In this document: piece after piece, positions 1-12,900 of the stretch | Numbering within the stretch: the stretch's first letter is position 1 | How the letters are laid out: each line of letters opens with the position of its first letter | DNA from: Balanoglossus misakiensis | Lineage: Eukaryota > Animalia > Hemichordata | Length of the DNA: 64,000 bases | Assembly (NCBI GenBank): GCA_040954595.2 | Contig: CM082576.2 | Location: forward strand, 6,327,129 to 6,391,128 | Direction: 5' to 3' | Program-made: the position numbers and the translations under genes | The notes under the pieces: model-generated | Databases searched by the model: none | The model's input: the letters and a program-made list of their open reading frames with translations, nothing else | Told to the model about the DNA's origin: nothing

Positions 1-17
1 CATTTCATACATCATAC

Positions 18-2428
18 CTTAAAGACTTTAGTTTCTACATCACCTCTGTCTGTACTATCACTAGGTGACTCTGAAATGAATTCAATCAAATTACACTTAC
101 AGAAAATAGGGGTGTATTGTAAACCATTTCAACAGTATTGACATAATCCATGTGTGAGATCTTTACTGGTTACACAATTTTTTTTGAAAATAATCTCTTA
201 AATTTTATTATGCTTTTTAAAAGTACTTTCAAGTTCAGACTAAAATCATTCTTTATTCATTTTTTTTCAAATATTCAGTCTCTAAAAAATCGTCCATTCC
301 AACATGTATAAGGTACGTGTTGTTGAGTTGTAAATTTGAATGACACCCACCAGGGTTTTTATTCTCCTCCTGAGTCGCTTCCACTTCATTGTCTTGATTT
401 GTCGGTGCATTGCCGCCATTCTATAACAAAGGGCATCAAAAGTTGTCAAACCTCTTTCAAACGGGCGTATACAGCTAACTGCTTTCTTTTGCACAGATTT
501 GTGTTCGTGTGCATGCGTTGGTTTTTCAACTCTATTGTGTTCTAGGATTGGCTGCTTGTACGGTAATATGCGATCTATATGGTTTTACTCTTCAAGCAAA
601 AGAAGTTGAATAAAGTTTCAAGAAAATAATACTGTTTTACTCTAATTATCTTGGCCTGCAGTGTATTCGGTATGGTTAACTGTTAGGAATGGACATCCCT
701 CACCCACACAATGACAGTCAAATAAGCTATATTATTCTGTGAAAAATCACTGTGTGTATTGTGGTTTCTTTTAATACCTGTTGAGCTGACTGAGTATTAT
801 TACATCCATCACTCTGTACTGGCAAACTGCACTCTTTATCAGGACCTACATCTGGATCTGTTGGCAAAATAAATTGATGTTGAAAATGACATGAACAATT
901 TTACTGATTGATTAACACAGTCTGCAAAATGTCCATGTGAATTCATTGGCTACAAACTAACATACCAACATGAGCACTTGGCTCAGTGTCAATCACTTTC
1001 TCACTGTTGCCTTCTCCACTCTCTGTTGCCAGGACACGGTCACCTCCAACTGCAAGATTATTGTCTTCGCTGTTGCTATCGGAGGCTGTGGTGATAGAAA
1101 GAAAAAATGAAGTATGACATTCATGCCTGTGCACTCTTAATTATTGACCTTCTCAACTACATGTACAGGGACATCACATTCCCAAGATCTATTGTTACTA
1201 TGGTTACTTACATCTCATGTCTTCTCGTTTGAATTCCCCCTGACCTTGATCGCCAGCATCTACAACCAGTTTAGGACTGCTGTCATGGGCCGGGCCTTCT
1301 GTCACTCTTGATTGGTTGTCAGCTTGAGGATCGCCAACAGGTATATTGTCGTGTTCATTGGAGGCTAGAAGATCAACATTATATATGTGATAAGTCATTA
1401 ATCATTGTACATCATCCACTGGAATAATTCACACACTGTTTGCATGTCAGACCATCAGATCATCAGATCTCTCAGTCACAACCCGATTCTGCTTTCTCCA
1501 CAAAAGCAATTTTGTTCTCATTGATTCATTCGGAATGCAACTGCAAGACATACAGCCATAACGTCACACTACTCACACATTTTGTCCTGAAGCATGAATA
1601 AACCTTCATTGCCACCAGCGCACACTGTTGGACTTGATGAGTAACCGGTCATTGCTGTGGGATCCAGTGACTCCACAGGCTCTTTGCGTGGACTAACAGC
1701 ACCGGTATTCTCTGGATATGCAAATAATACAATATAATGTACAGTGAAAAAGACAAACTCTGGAAAGTCTGCATTTTTTTTAATTTGATACCCAAGAAAA
1801 ACTTCATACCTTGGACGTGTGCTTCTCTGTATGAAAATGGTTGGTTTGGCCGCTCAACGAATGTGCCTGGGCCTGTGGTAACAAAAACACGACTGTCACG
1901 GTACTTATATATTTAGATCCTGACTATAACATATTCAACAGCCAGCAACTTGATTCAATGACAGATTGGCTATTTACCAACTATTTACGACACTATAAAA
2001 CTCCATGTTTGGAATCTAGTGATACTTTGAGAACTCTCTGAATAGACATTTTTTACACATAAACTGACAACCACCACACACATTTTGAAGTCAACGACAA
2101 ATGTTAATTCTGCACCAGATGAAGATACAACCAGCCATTCCATAATCTGGCGTCAATGACATAGCACTATTCCACATTACATGTAGATTATTTCAGTTTC
2201 AGTTGCGTGTGGGCGATTCATGACCCCTGAACCTTCAAGGTTAGAGCTCAATAAGTGGCAAAACACCCACTCATGACTGAATCTTTTCTTTGCATACTTA
2301 AGACTCAATGACAATCATCCACTCTGCACTTCAGAATACTTTGGTAAGCAGCCGTTCCACCAATTGCATTCCAATAACAAACGACCATTCCTAACTTGCA
2401 TTTCACTTACACTCAATGGTTGGAATTC

Positions 2429-2463
<35 letters not shown>

Positions 2464-4317
2464 CTTACCATTCCAAACTTTGTAGACACTTTCAGCAAGA
2501 GTTGCATAATCAGCTTTGTATTCTCTATAAAGAACTGCTTGGACTATCGGGAAATCAACTCTCTCTTGCCACCGCTTAAACAGTTGGGCAGAAAATGTTT
2601 TGATGTCATTTTCTGTGGCATCCATCCAGATCAAGGCAAAAACATTTCCACGTTTGTCTTCAATAAGTAGATCTGTTTGCAGTAAAAAGAAATCTAATTA
2701 TTAAATGGAGGCTAGAGCAGGATGACAAACTGAAAGATTGGAACTGATCGCATCAAATCACTTAGATGACACGTATACTTTTGGTATATATAAACTGCAC
2801 TAAATGAGATGCCACCGACAGTGTGATAGTGTAAAGACAAGATAAACTGACAGCTATTCAAGACACTAAAGCTGAGCAGCCCTAACTACTGAGCAATATT
2901 ACTAAAATAGCATGATACAAAATGATAGTGTAGTGACTGTGATGCTGTGCTACTAGTGGGTCAACACTGGTGATAGCCAATGTGCAAGAAAAAATACTCC
3001 TCTATGTTGCATTACAACATTTACAGCAGTTTCTCTAAATTTGGACTTTGACATATCATGTCAGTCAATATACCAGTACAATAAATCAATACATGTACAG
3101 TCCTTCTGACAATGTAAGAATTGATCACACAGAAATGTCATACATGTATATCACAAATCAGATGTTTCAATCTAAACCTACCTTCTACAGTTTTCCTGAA
3201 GTCTTCATTTTTGCCGATAGTCTTCAAAAACTTTTTACTAAGAAGAATGGCTGCATGGATTTTGGGGGCTTTTTTGTCCATGGTGGAATTCTTTGCTGTT
3301 TTCATTTGTTCAACAACTGTTTTACCAACATCATTGTCTGCAAGTTCAGTTAAAAGTTACACGAGTTATATGTACTATACACACATAACTTGTTGTCTAA
3401 CACCACACTCCCCAACACCATCAAAACTGTGTGGTCCTTAAATACTAGTACATGTATCTCCTCAATTTCAATGTTTATAACCTCTATGTACACAGGTCTA
3501 AACACAAGACTAAAAACCCTCCAAAGCAAGGTGTTTCCAAGGGCCTGCGTTTCCACAGCTAAAATTTAATTAAAGATAGTTTTAAATTTGACCAACCTGA
3601 CTTAAAGTGTGTGACAAAGTCTGCTGGAGATGGTAGCTTGCAGTAGTCAGCTATGCTGTTTGCAAATGGTCTGACATGATGATCAATGTCACGCTCATCC
3701 TCAGCATGAATCAACACCACTGCGAAAAATATATGTTTAATAGTCAGGGATGAATTATGACTTTACTATCTAAAGCTGTAGAGGATAATTTTGTTATTGA
3801 AACAGTATATCGTGGAAACTTGAAAGTCAGTCACAGGTTTGTAGTCAATCCAATGGATTATATGGATCAACAGGTCTGTTTGAAGAGTGACAATCAGACA
3901 AATGTTGTTGTTTTTTTTAAATTGGGGCTTTAATGATTTGATTTGGCTCATGTATGCCACCATCAAACATGCTCAATGTTTTGAGGTCATTTACAGGTCA
4001 CAGTACCTCTTCAATTGGATTTGGATACGCCGTCTGTGTATGAAAGAATTCAAGCTGAGATGTACATGTATTATTTGGTATTGCTTTAATCTTCAAATCA
4101 CACATGAGTGTGTAAATTATGTGTACAAACAATATTTCTAGAAAGAAGCCACAAATTATGCGCTTGAACTGTGTACATCATTTCGGCGACGTTTGTGATT
4201 GTGTGAACACCCACATGTCTGAACAGTGAACGGACGGTGCCATCAAGTTTCGAAACGAAATGTGCCCTTACCTTTTTGTACAATCTCGTTCGGTGCGTGT
4301 CCTTCGGCCGCTGCCAT
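18..4317 (-). CDS. TIR-domain protein (bacterial TcpB/TIR_2-like N-terminal domain plus long low-complexity linker); 3'-partial, continues past the left edge
   Basis: Eleven GT-AG exons join in frame: 4272-4317, 3597-3719, 3182-3337, 2469-2672, 1810-1872, 1604-1711, 1212-1364, 966-1085, 778-857, 351-420, 18-70. Exons 1-4 give MAAAEGHAPNEIVQKVVLIHAEDERDIDHHVRPFANSI...NDVGKTVVEQMKTA...HAAILLSKKFLKTIGKNEDFRKTVEDLL...VFALIWMDATENDIKTFSAQL...ATLAESVYKVW, which follows the TIR_2 motif order (FISHA.ED...FVRPLA; VGDS; IVVLS..F; LPIWH.V...EV..FSP.L). Later exons are D/E/S/P/G/N-rich. Confidence 0.72.
2428..2464. repeat. (CAA)n microsatellite in an intron of the TIR gene
   Basis: Direct reading; source of spurious poly-Q/T/L ORFs in the track. 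Confidence 0.95.
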
Positions 4318-4850
4318 GCCAAACTTGTTTCTACGGTCAAAATATTCGTGAAAGGGTCTGCAGTACACACAGGAATGCACAGAACACTCAAGCTCACTCG
4401 TACACTGACACTCACTGCAGCGCCATTACTGTTCTATTTATAGCACTGATGTCATTGGGGAAACCCCCCAACTGAAACCACGTGATATTATGACGTATGC
4501 CTAAGTTCGTTTTAGGTCATTGGGGGAGTCAAATTTGACCGGGGGTGCTAGCTGGTGCTACAAAAATGAACTTTCTGTCGCCCGAGGCAATCTAATCACA
4601 ATGTGCTGAGGCACATTTGTCGTCAAGATAAGCGAATGTAACCGTAATGTACATGTAATGAAAATAATAATTGACATTTTTAAAAAATCACGTGTTTTGT
4701 GGGCTGTTTATTCGACTACCCGGAACTTGCCTTATTGTGTGTTTGACCTGTACCTGCGGTACTTACGCGGTGTGCATTGACGCACCGAGTATGTTTGACG
4801 TCATCTTTCGCCAGTAAGCTGCACTGGCAAAAGGGGTTATTGATTACTTA

Positions 4851-5561
4851 GGGAGCATTCGTTTTTTACAGGGAGGGGGGGGGCCGGTGGAATTTGAGTC
4901 GCCGACTAAATGTAAAAGGCAACCCCCCCTGGAAATTACTTTTCTAAAATGTGACCCCCCCCCCCCAAAAAAAAAAAAAGTTTATCCACCGGATTAAACT
5001 TATCATGGACACAGCGCTCCCATGAAAAGAATTTGAAACCGATATTTCCCCTCATCAGTGGGTATTAAAACTGAACATTGTTTTTATTTTTTAAGTATTT
5101 GTATTCTGTGTTGGGAGACATTGTAAACCGAGAATTGAAGGGGGTGGGTTTGGGAGGGGGTGTCCCCCTCCCACGTAAGAAAATTTTATAAAATACAGAG
5201 CTCAAAGCTGCATTTTAATGAACCCAGCAAAAGCAAATTAACGTCGCCGCTCAAAGTTATCATGGGGTGGGGGCAAGTCCCCTGACCTGGGACACTATAT
5301 AAACCAGTCAATGATTGAAAGGTGTTGATGAATGGAGGGGGTGGGTTAGAAAATTTTGTAAAATAAAGGACGCGAAACTGCATTTTTGTGGACTCAAAAT
5401 AAATATTTAGCCGTCAAAGTTTTCAAGTCCCCCCCTTTCAGTCCCTATATAATAATCCCTTGATTATAAAATTTGTCCCCCCCTAAAAACTGCTTTGTAA
5501 AAGTAAACCCCCCCCTGATTTCCACCGGCCCCCCCCCTCCCTGTAAAAAACGAATGCTCCC
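4851..5561. mobile_element. Non-autonomous DNA transposon (MITE), PIF/Harbinger (Tourist)-like, 711 bp
   Basis: Perfect 42-bp terminal inverted repeats GGGAGCATTCGTTTTTTACAGGGAGGGGGGGGGCCGGTGGAA (4851-4892 / 5520-5561), flanked by TTA on both sides (4848-4850, 5562-5564). GGG termini with a TWA TSD are typical of PIF/Harbinger. No transposase ORF. Confidence 0.88.
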
Positions 5562-6357
5562 TTACGCACGTTTGCCAGGGCGCACCCGGAATATATAGTT
5601 TTGGACAAGAGTTGTCTGATCGGATCATTTCTAGATTTAGCGGATATATCTGCTTATGACGTACAGATAATCCGCAGTCAACAAGTGTCAGTCTGGGTTC
5701 TGTACACACTTGCCTGTTCTTGAATCACGGGGAGATGTTCCAATGCATTTTTCTTGTTATTTTGCTTGTTTGTTTATGAATACACACAGTGAATCCAAAT
5801 AAGTATGAAGCTGGTAATGCATTGTCACCTTTACCAAAAAAGTGTGTTGATATCAGACACTAAAAAAAACCCACCACCACAAGGTACTATTTAACAAGAA
5901 AAAGTTGTGTTGTTTATTGAATCCTTCCATACTTTAATATATGTATACGTACAAGGACGCAAAAAATCAAAAGGATTGTGGTTTCAATGTGATCAAATCA
6001 TGTTTGAGCCAATGGCAGTAATTCACATACCATTACCAGAAAGAAATGCAATGTGATTTGACCCCCTAGCGTAAAGTGAAAACCTATTAAAGGCAGCCAG
6101 AATTGCTCTATGAACAAAGTGAAAAAAGAACTCAACACAAAAAATGTAAATAATCAAATAAATGTTGAAGTTGCAGGGTTTTTTTAACACAAAGACTTCT
6201 TATAATCACAAAAATCACTACAGACCTCAATAATGATCTGGTATTTTACTGGAATGGGTGTAAGTTTCATGGAAATCATATTCGGTTTGGTTTCAATATC
6301 TTAAACGAAAAAGTTTGAACACGTTTGTGAAATGTCTGTTCTTTGCCTTGGAGTCCA

Positions 6358-9300
6358 TCAAAGCACAGATAGAAGCAGAAGTCCTATTCTGCCTTTATTG
6401 ATGTCCAGCCTGGCCACTTGAACCTGTACTTTGTCACCGGGTCCCAGTGGCTGTCTGTTCTTCAGTCTGTCGCTGGACATTCCACTGGTGTGAATCAGGC
6501 CATCTTTGCCAACACCAATATCGACGAATGCACCAAAGTCCGTCACGTTACAAACCCTGCCGGTCAACTGAGTTCCCAAGTGCAGATCTTCCAGTGACAT
6601 CACCGATGATCTGAATAAGGGTTTTTCATAAGCTGTCGAGAAAGAGAGTTATAAATTGCAGATGTTACGTCGATGTACAGAAAGACCAAACAGGACTTGG
6701 TGGTGATATATTGAGCAGGATTTGATTCAGTTGATCACTTTCTGCATACGTTTCAAAAGTTTGTATCATAAAACTGACACAATCAAGTCATTGTCGAAAC
6801 TCAAGGCCAGGAAATCAGCTTACCAGCTCTGATATCATAGTCCAATGGCTGTCTCAATCCATCGATAATTAACTGCAATGTCGGTTGCCCCACTTCTAAT
6901 TCAAGGGCAAGATTTTCCTGGCCTGCATAAAATATGAAACGTTTAATTATACTACACACATCTCTGTTAAATGATCTGGATGAGAAAATACATGACTTTT
7001 TTTGGCAAACAGCACTTGTACATGTTCAGACTACCAACATGCATATCTGAGTGATACTAATAATGATTACAAACAATATACTGGTACAATACTGAACACA
7101 TCAGAAGCAAGTGCGAAGAACACACACAGGCCAGTACTTACCTCTCCCTTCTATGGTTCTGTTTATGGCTTGCCGAATTCGAACTTGTCCAATTTCATCT
7201 GCAGTAGCATCTATCAGATCTAGGAACCTGTGAATGGATATGCAAATTCCTTTATGACTGAAACAGCACTCATAATGGTTGTTTAGCTTCATGCTACATG
7301 TATGTTCTCAACTTGGTTGTAGAAGACTGTGAACAGATGAGGCAAGTCTATTAGACATCTTGGACTGACCAAGCATGCAGAAATCTTACCATTTAGTAAC
7401 CAACCAACCAACCAACCAACCAACCAACCAACCAACCAGCAAACTAACCAACAAGAACCTTTTCACTCAGACATATGATAGCCTTTGGAGATTTTGTTGA
7501 TGCACTTGCCTTTCAGCAATCATGTAAGACTCAGGATGTATACATGTCATGTCCAGTGGGTTGATCTCACTGGGTGTTGCAGATGTCTTGGTTTTCTTTG
7601 CTCTGCTGCTGCCCCTGGTTGAGGAGGTTTTCCTCTTTCCTCTTACAGCACTCGTACTTGCTTCACTGTCGGCATCATCATCAGCAGCAACATTGTGACT
7701 AAGATGAAACAGTGACACGAAACAGTACACTTCACAAGACTAGAATATTCAGCAAAAATCTGTGCATGGATGGTGCCTGAATTGATACCTACCTCCTGTT
7801 CGGTATAGTATCTGGATTGATCCTCACAAATCCAGCACACTGCTCAAACGTCTTGGGTCCGAGCCCTTTGACATCTCTGAGTTGTTCTCTGTTGGTGAAC
7901 GGTCCGTGTCGGGCCTTCCATTCCATGATCTTCTTAGCCTTGGCTGCGCTAATACCAGCAACTCTCCTGTTATCCATTCATGAATTGCAGTGGAAAGAAC
8001 ATGTGATCAGTCAATGTAGGAGCAGATTGACAATCACCGTTAATATCCAAAACAAAATAAAGTAAGCAAAAGATAGGGGCCTGAAACATGCAATGTACAT
8101 TTTGTATCTGTTGTGAATGCTCAAATACTCAGTAAACAATAGTCACCTCAGCATACTTTCTGCACAAACATTGATGTCAACACCAACAAAGCTGACACAC
8201 TCTTCCACTACGCTGGCCAATGCCCCCTTGAGATCAATAGTAGACATATCGTGCTGTGTGGATCAAAGAAACACAAAGTGATTAAATACGTCCACATCCA
8301 GCGTGTCCTCACATGGAGTTCAAATCAGTGGAAATGTTGTGTCTCCAGTATCAATCATTGACAGTCCTTGCATGAGATAAAACTTGTTCTTGTACAAGTC
8401 AACCAAGTATACTTCTTACCTGGTACATTCCAACTCCAATATGTTTAGGTCCGATTTTCACGAGTTCATTCAGTGGTTCTTGCAACCGTCTTGCAATGGA
8501 CACTTAAAAAAAAACAAAGCCAAAATGAAAAGAACATTTTACCAAGAGGATTTTCACTGAAACTTATCTGCAGTCACCATATTGTAGCTTAGCTACACTT
8601 GTGAAGTGTTTTCAAAGTATACATGTTATACATAGCTGACCCTCCCTTTGTTTGCCTTTAATTTCTCAATAAAAACTTCCTAGCACATATCAAGTGAAAT
8701 GCCCATGTCGACAAGTATGGGCCTTTAAGTTTTCATAATCACTATACCTGCACTTCGCAAATTGGGATCCAGGTTTGGCAATTCATTCTGTGCTTCATCT
8801 GAAACACTGTAAATTGAAGCTCCGCTTTCATCCACAATGCTAGAAGTAAAAAACCAAAGGATAATTCTAATCAAAAAGAAAGTCCCACATCTTACTAAGA
8901 TTAAGATATTGCCTCAGTGTTCACAAAAGTTTTAATACCAATGAATTTCTAGTGAGAATATTGTCTTACCAGTACATGACATTTAACGGTCTGAAGACAC
9001 CAGACTTAATCATATTGCTGAAATATGACTCGGTTTCCCTGCAGGCTGTGCCGTTGCCGATGGCTAGAGTTTCACACCTAGAAACAACAACAAAAACGAC
9101 TGTTTATTACTGAATGTGTCCTGGTCTGCAGGATCAGTGTCAGAGAAACATTCGCAATTTCACAGAGTTGTGTATCAAGACGTTTCCTCGAGTAGACCCA
9201 CCTATGCCGAAGCAGCAACTCTTTTATTCGTTGATCTTCGCCTCTGTTTCTGTTGCTACCGTGTAAATAGACAGTACCAGTATACAACACCTCACCTGCA

Positions 9301-12300
9301 GAAAAAAAGGATTTGACAATCAGCAGTGATATGTAGCTGGATGAAAAAGTATTCTAGTCAGTTTCTAGTCAGCATGCATACACAAAACATTCGGGTTTGA
9401 AAGTCTTCATTGCTACTGTGATTATGTTTCTGTCTATATAATTATAAACACCCCATTTGGCATGGTTCATCCCCAGTGCTTTCAATGGCATGGCTGAACT
9501 GAAATCTGAGGAAAGACTTACAACATCTTTCAAAGATCAACTGTAATGTTGATTTTAATACAGCAAGTACTCACCCGTTGGGGAAGTCATGGCAAGCTTA
9601 CAACCGTGGCGAAATCCAGGATCAACACCAAGAACCATTCTGCCACGTACAGGCGGTGTCAGCAACAAGCGTTTCAAATTTTGAGTGAAGACATCAATGG
9701 CTGACAACTCGGCTTTTTTGGTCAACTCTGACCTGCATACAATAATGACACACAAAAAACCTATAATATCATCAAACGTCTACAGTATTTTTGACAAAAA
9801 AAGGATATGTGCATAAAATAGGTTGACAAATAATTTTGACCAAATAGCAGTTTTTCCATACAAATTTTAACAACAACTTTCCCTGCTGCGCTTCAAGATA
9901 TGGACTAGGAATTTTCACAGGATGTTCATAAGGTTGATGACAAACTTTAGGTTTCCACTTTTACTATTAGCACAGTTGTTTTTGAAAAGATATTGACATT
10001 TGCCACTGACCAGACAGTAATTTTCACACTGGTCATTATTCACAGTGAAACTTGCCTGATTTGTCTCTGAATGAGTGGCTGTATAAGTCTGGTGTAGCTG
10101 TCCTCGATGCAAGTGTCTATCATGGTCTCAAAAAACTGATTATGATATCCAGTTGTAAACCATTTTCTAGAACACCACTTTTTAAACGCCACGCTCACGG
10201 AATCTGGAATAACCACTTTGACTGAAAGTATCTTCAGACTTTCACCTCTGTTAAGTGCAAGGATCTGAAGTTTGAAAAAAAAAGTTTACTTTATTGAGAT
10301 CATTTACTTGCAGATAATGAGGGTTTTACTGAGTGATGTACGCTGACATCATAAGGAGACTGGATAAAACCCTTTTGCTTTACATTTACAAATGTAGAAA
10401 TAAATAATTCTCAAAAATAAACATAAGCGATCTGCAAAACAAAATTTTGCCTAAAATCTTATTCAGTGTGATAAAATGTGATTTTGTAATGAATTTCAGA
10501 AAGTGAAAACTGACCTGATGTGACTTAATTGTTTTGATTTGAGCTTTGAAATCATAATACTGTTCAAATTTGCCAGCCCTGTCTTCGTTCTCAATCTTTC
10601 CTCTTGTTTTTTGTGTAGACTCTATGGTGACGTTACCTCTGTTGCACCTACAAGATAAAAAGGGTGATCTGTGAAGAGTCTCACTGAAACTGACTTGCAG
10701 AGAGGAAAATATTTGTAAATCAGCATTGGCACTTCTCGGAATCCAATTCAAGAATTTTTTTAGGGAAATGTTAAAATGAATTATGCAAAATCTTATAAAA
10801 AAAGATACACGTACATGGTAAAAAAAAGTTCACATGATTGCAAACCAGTAGTCTAAAAATTACAGGTATTGCTGTCCCTTTTTCACAATGTTGCCAGCGT
10901 AAGAATCCAATTTCAATTCGTTGTCAAATGAAACAAGGGTCTTACAAATATTTAAAGGATACCTCTTGTTTTTGACTTACATTTCTCTTATTACATCTCT
11001 GGCCTCTCTATCCTTTGCAATAATATCAGCAACAATGTGTTGGATCCCCTTATTCACATCAGCTAAAGATGACAACCCTAAAAAAAAAGAAAGCAGACAT
11101 ATATAATTATATGAAAAACAAAACAAAATTGAAGGCATCAATCACTATAAATTTTGGGTGGGGTGGGGGGGGGGGCGGAAGAAAAAGCTATTCCATCTTA
11201 CCATCCACCCCACGTTTCACATAAGATGAAAGCTGCAATCTGTCAGGGTTGTTTAAAAGAAGCCTAGCTGGTTCTTCAAGTCCAAGTTTACGAGCTCTCT
11301 CTGCCAGAGTAGACTTGGTACCTGTCTTGTATGGACCATACTGTGGAAAGAAAATTTGAAATTATAATATACATTTATGTGTCAACTTACAACCGAAACC
11401 GAAGTCGCCAATATGGCCTGCATTAAGAACAGCCAAGCATTGTTGACTTTAATAGCACAGACAACTTCATTTTACTTGATATTGAGATGCTTATGCACAT
11501 TCTAACCACTGGTATTTTACAACAACCATTTTTATCAGAATTTAAATCATTTTATTCGCACCGCTACTTATAAAACAAGATTGATATTCTTAACTGATGG
11601 TGAGGTGAAAATAATTTGTTTCTCAAATTTACAGTTCAATAAAATAAAATAAAAATCCCATCACGACTTAGTTTAGTACCTACCACATGTTCCAATTCTT
11701 CCATAGTTTTACAACTTCGAATTACTTCATTCAGGGATCTGCTCATCTTTCCAGCTTTTTCAACTTGCTTGATAACATATGCTCCTTTCACCTGCACAGC
11801 CCTTTGCCACAAAAAATATTAGCACAATCTGTACTTGTGATTTCAGTAACAATACTCATGTTCATGTTAGATGCATGTCCATCCATCAAATGTTTAATGT
11901 CTCAGGAAGGATGACCGAGAATGATTGATTGATAAGTTTCATTTCTGAGGGAATTCCTTCGTCTCAAATTTGCTTTGCCATAGACAACGATTCTGCAGGT
12001 GACTTCCATTACATCATTTTTGCCATTCTCCCCCAGAAATAATTAAACTAGAACATCTTTAATCTTCAATTACTGTTAACTTTGATCTGAAATACATGTA
12101 CTTACTTCAGCCCCTCGTAAGAGTGAATAACTTGTCTGATTTTGTCAGCTTCCATATTGTTGGTTTTCTCTTTTCTATATCTGGCGATAAATGGTATAGT
12201 ACAACCATCCTCTGTCAGTTGTACAATGTTCTCAGCCACCCATTCAATGATTTCTTCCTGTTCAGCCAGAGCGGTTTTAATGTCCCAAAGCATCTTGACC

Positions 12301-12374
12301 GACGAAGACGACGACGACGATGATGATGATGATGATGATGAACCAGCCCCTCTGTTTTCAGTCCTCCTATCCAT
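6358..12374 (-). CDS. SRBD1: S1 RNA-binding domain-containing protein 1 (Tex family), multi-exon
   Basis: Exon peptides: [16 protein letters not shown] (Tex N-term), [23 protein letters not shown] (YqgF/RNase H-like), [13 protein letters not shown]-type exon, HhH region [28 protein letters not shown], and C-terminal S1 domain [24 protein letters not shown] ending at TGA 6358-6360. Start ATG 12374 followed by a poly-Ser tract. Confidence 0.95.
7398..7452. repeat. (CCAA)n tetranucleotide microsatellite in an SRBD1 intron
   Basis: Direct reading aaccaaccaacc... Confidence 0.9.
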
Positions 12375-12779
12375 AATTGTTTTCTACCTCTCAGTTTCTT
12401 CTCACATAGGATTGGTATTGAGGATCCAAAATTACTAGCCGCCAGTCCTTTCAATGGTTTTATAATCTATTTTCTGAATATGACATTGTCAAATGCATTG
12501 GGGGAAATGCAGTCAGACATCCACATTGTAACTAAATGAAGAGAAAAAGGTTGAAAATCCATGAGAGTTTCCTTACTTGATAAATGTCCATTTATACACA
12601 TCATTAATTATGATAATGGTCATTTTAACAAAAAGTCTGAAAAACCACAGCCAATCAAATTTTAAAATCTTCTCACAGTCAATAATATGTTTTTTTCTAA
12701 CACACCTCATCCGAAAGTAGCGCAAATCGGGAAATTTCTTCACTGTCGTCTAGTTGGTCCCGCTAGCAGACGACATAGC

Positions 12780-12900
12780 TGTGCATGTTTATATGCGTGC
12801 ACGTGTGGGACATTTTCAACAAGTCCAAGGCGCATGCGCTTGTTTACAAACTTTTCGCGGTTGTTTTTTAAATGCCAGTGTTTATTTTGAAGAAACAACA
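12780..12900. promoter_or_regulatory. Probable bidirectional promoter between SRBD1 and BTB gene 1, with NRF1-type palindrome
   Basis: Genes diverge here; CpG-enriched; GCGCATGCGC at 12830-12839 matches the NRF1 core; minus-strand 5' UTR exon donor near 12705. Confidence 0.5.

Noticed and set aside
282-494. 70-aa minus-strand ORF rich in R/K
   Set aside because: The better supported exon (351-420) uses another frame with good splice sites and matching phase.
1518-1540. Possible alternative terminal exon giving a short TIR isoform (VAFRMNQ*)
   Set aside because: Only an acceptor-like site supports it; downstream exons continue in frame without it.
2200-2260. Faint tRNA/SINE-like appearance on the minus strand
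   Set aside because: No convincing A/B boxes or cloverleaf.
2364-2670. Poly-Q/T/L ORFs
   Set aside because: Translations of an intronic (CAA)n repeat and the antisense of a TIR exon.
3766-4090. Candidate extra exons in the first TIR intron
   Set aside because: Phases do not fit; exon 1 joins 3597-3719 directly in frame.
12096-12454. Poly-D/H/R ORFs
   Set aside because: Alternative frames of the repeat encoding the SRBD1 poly-Ser tract.
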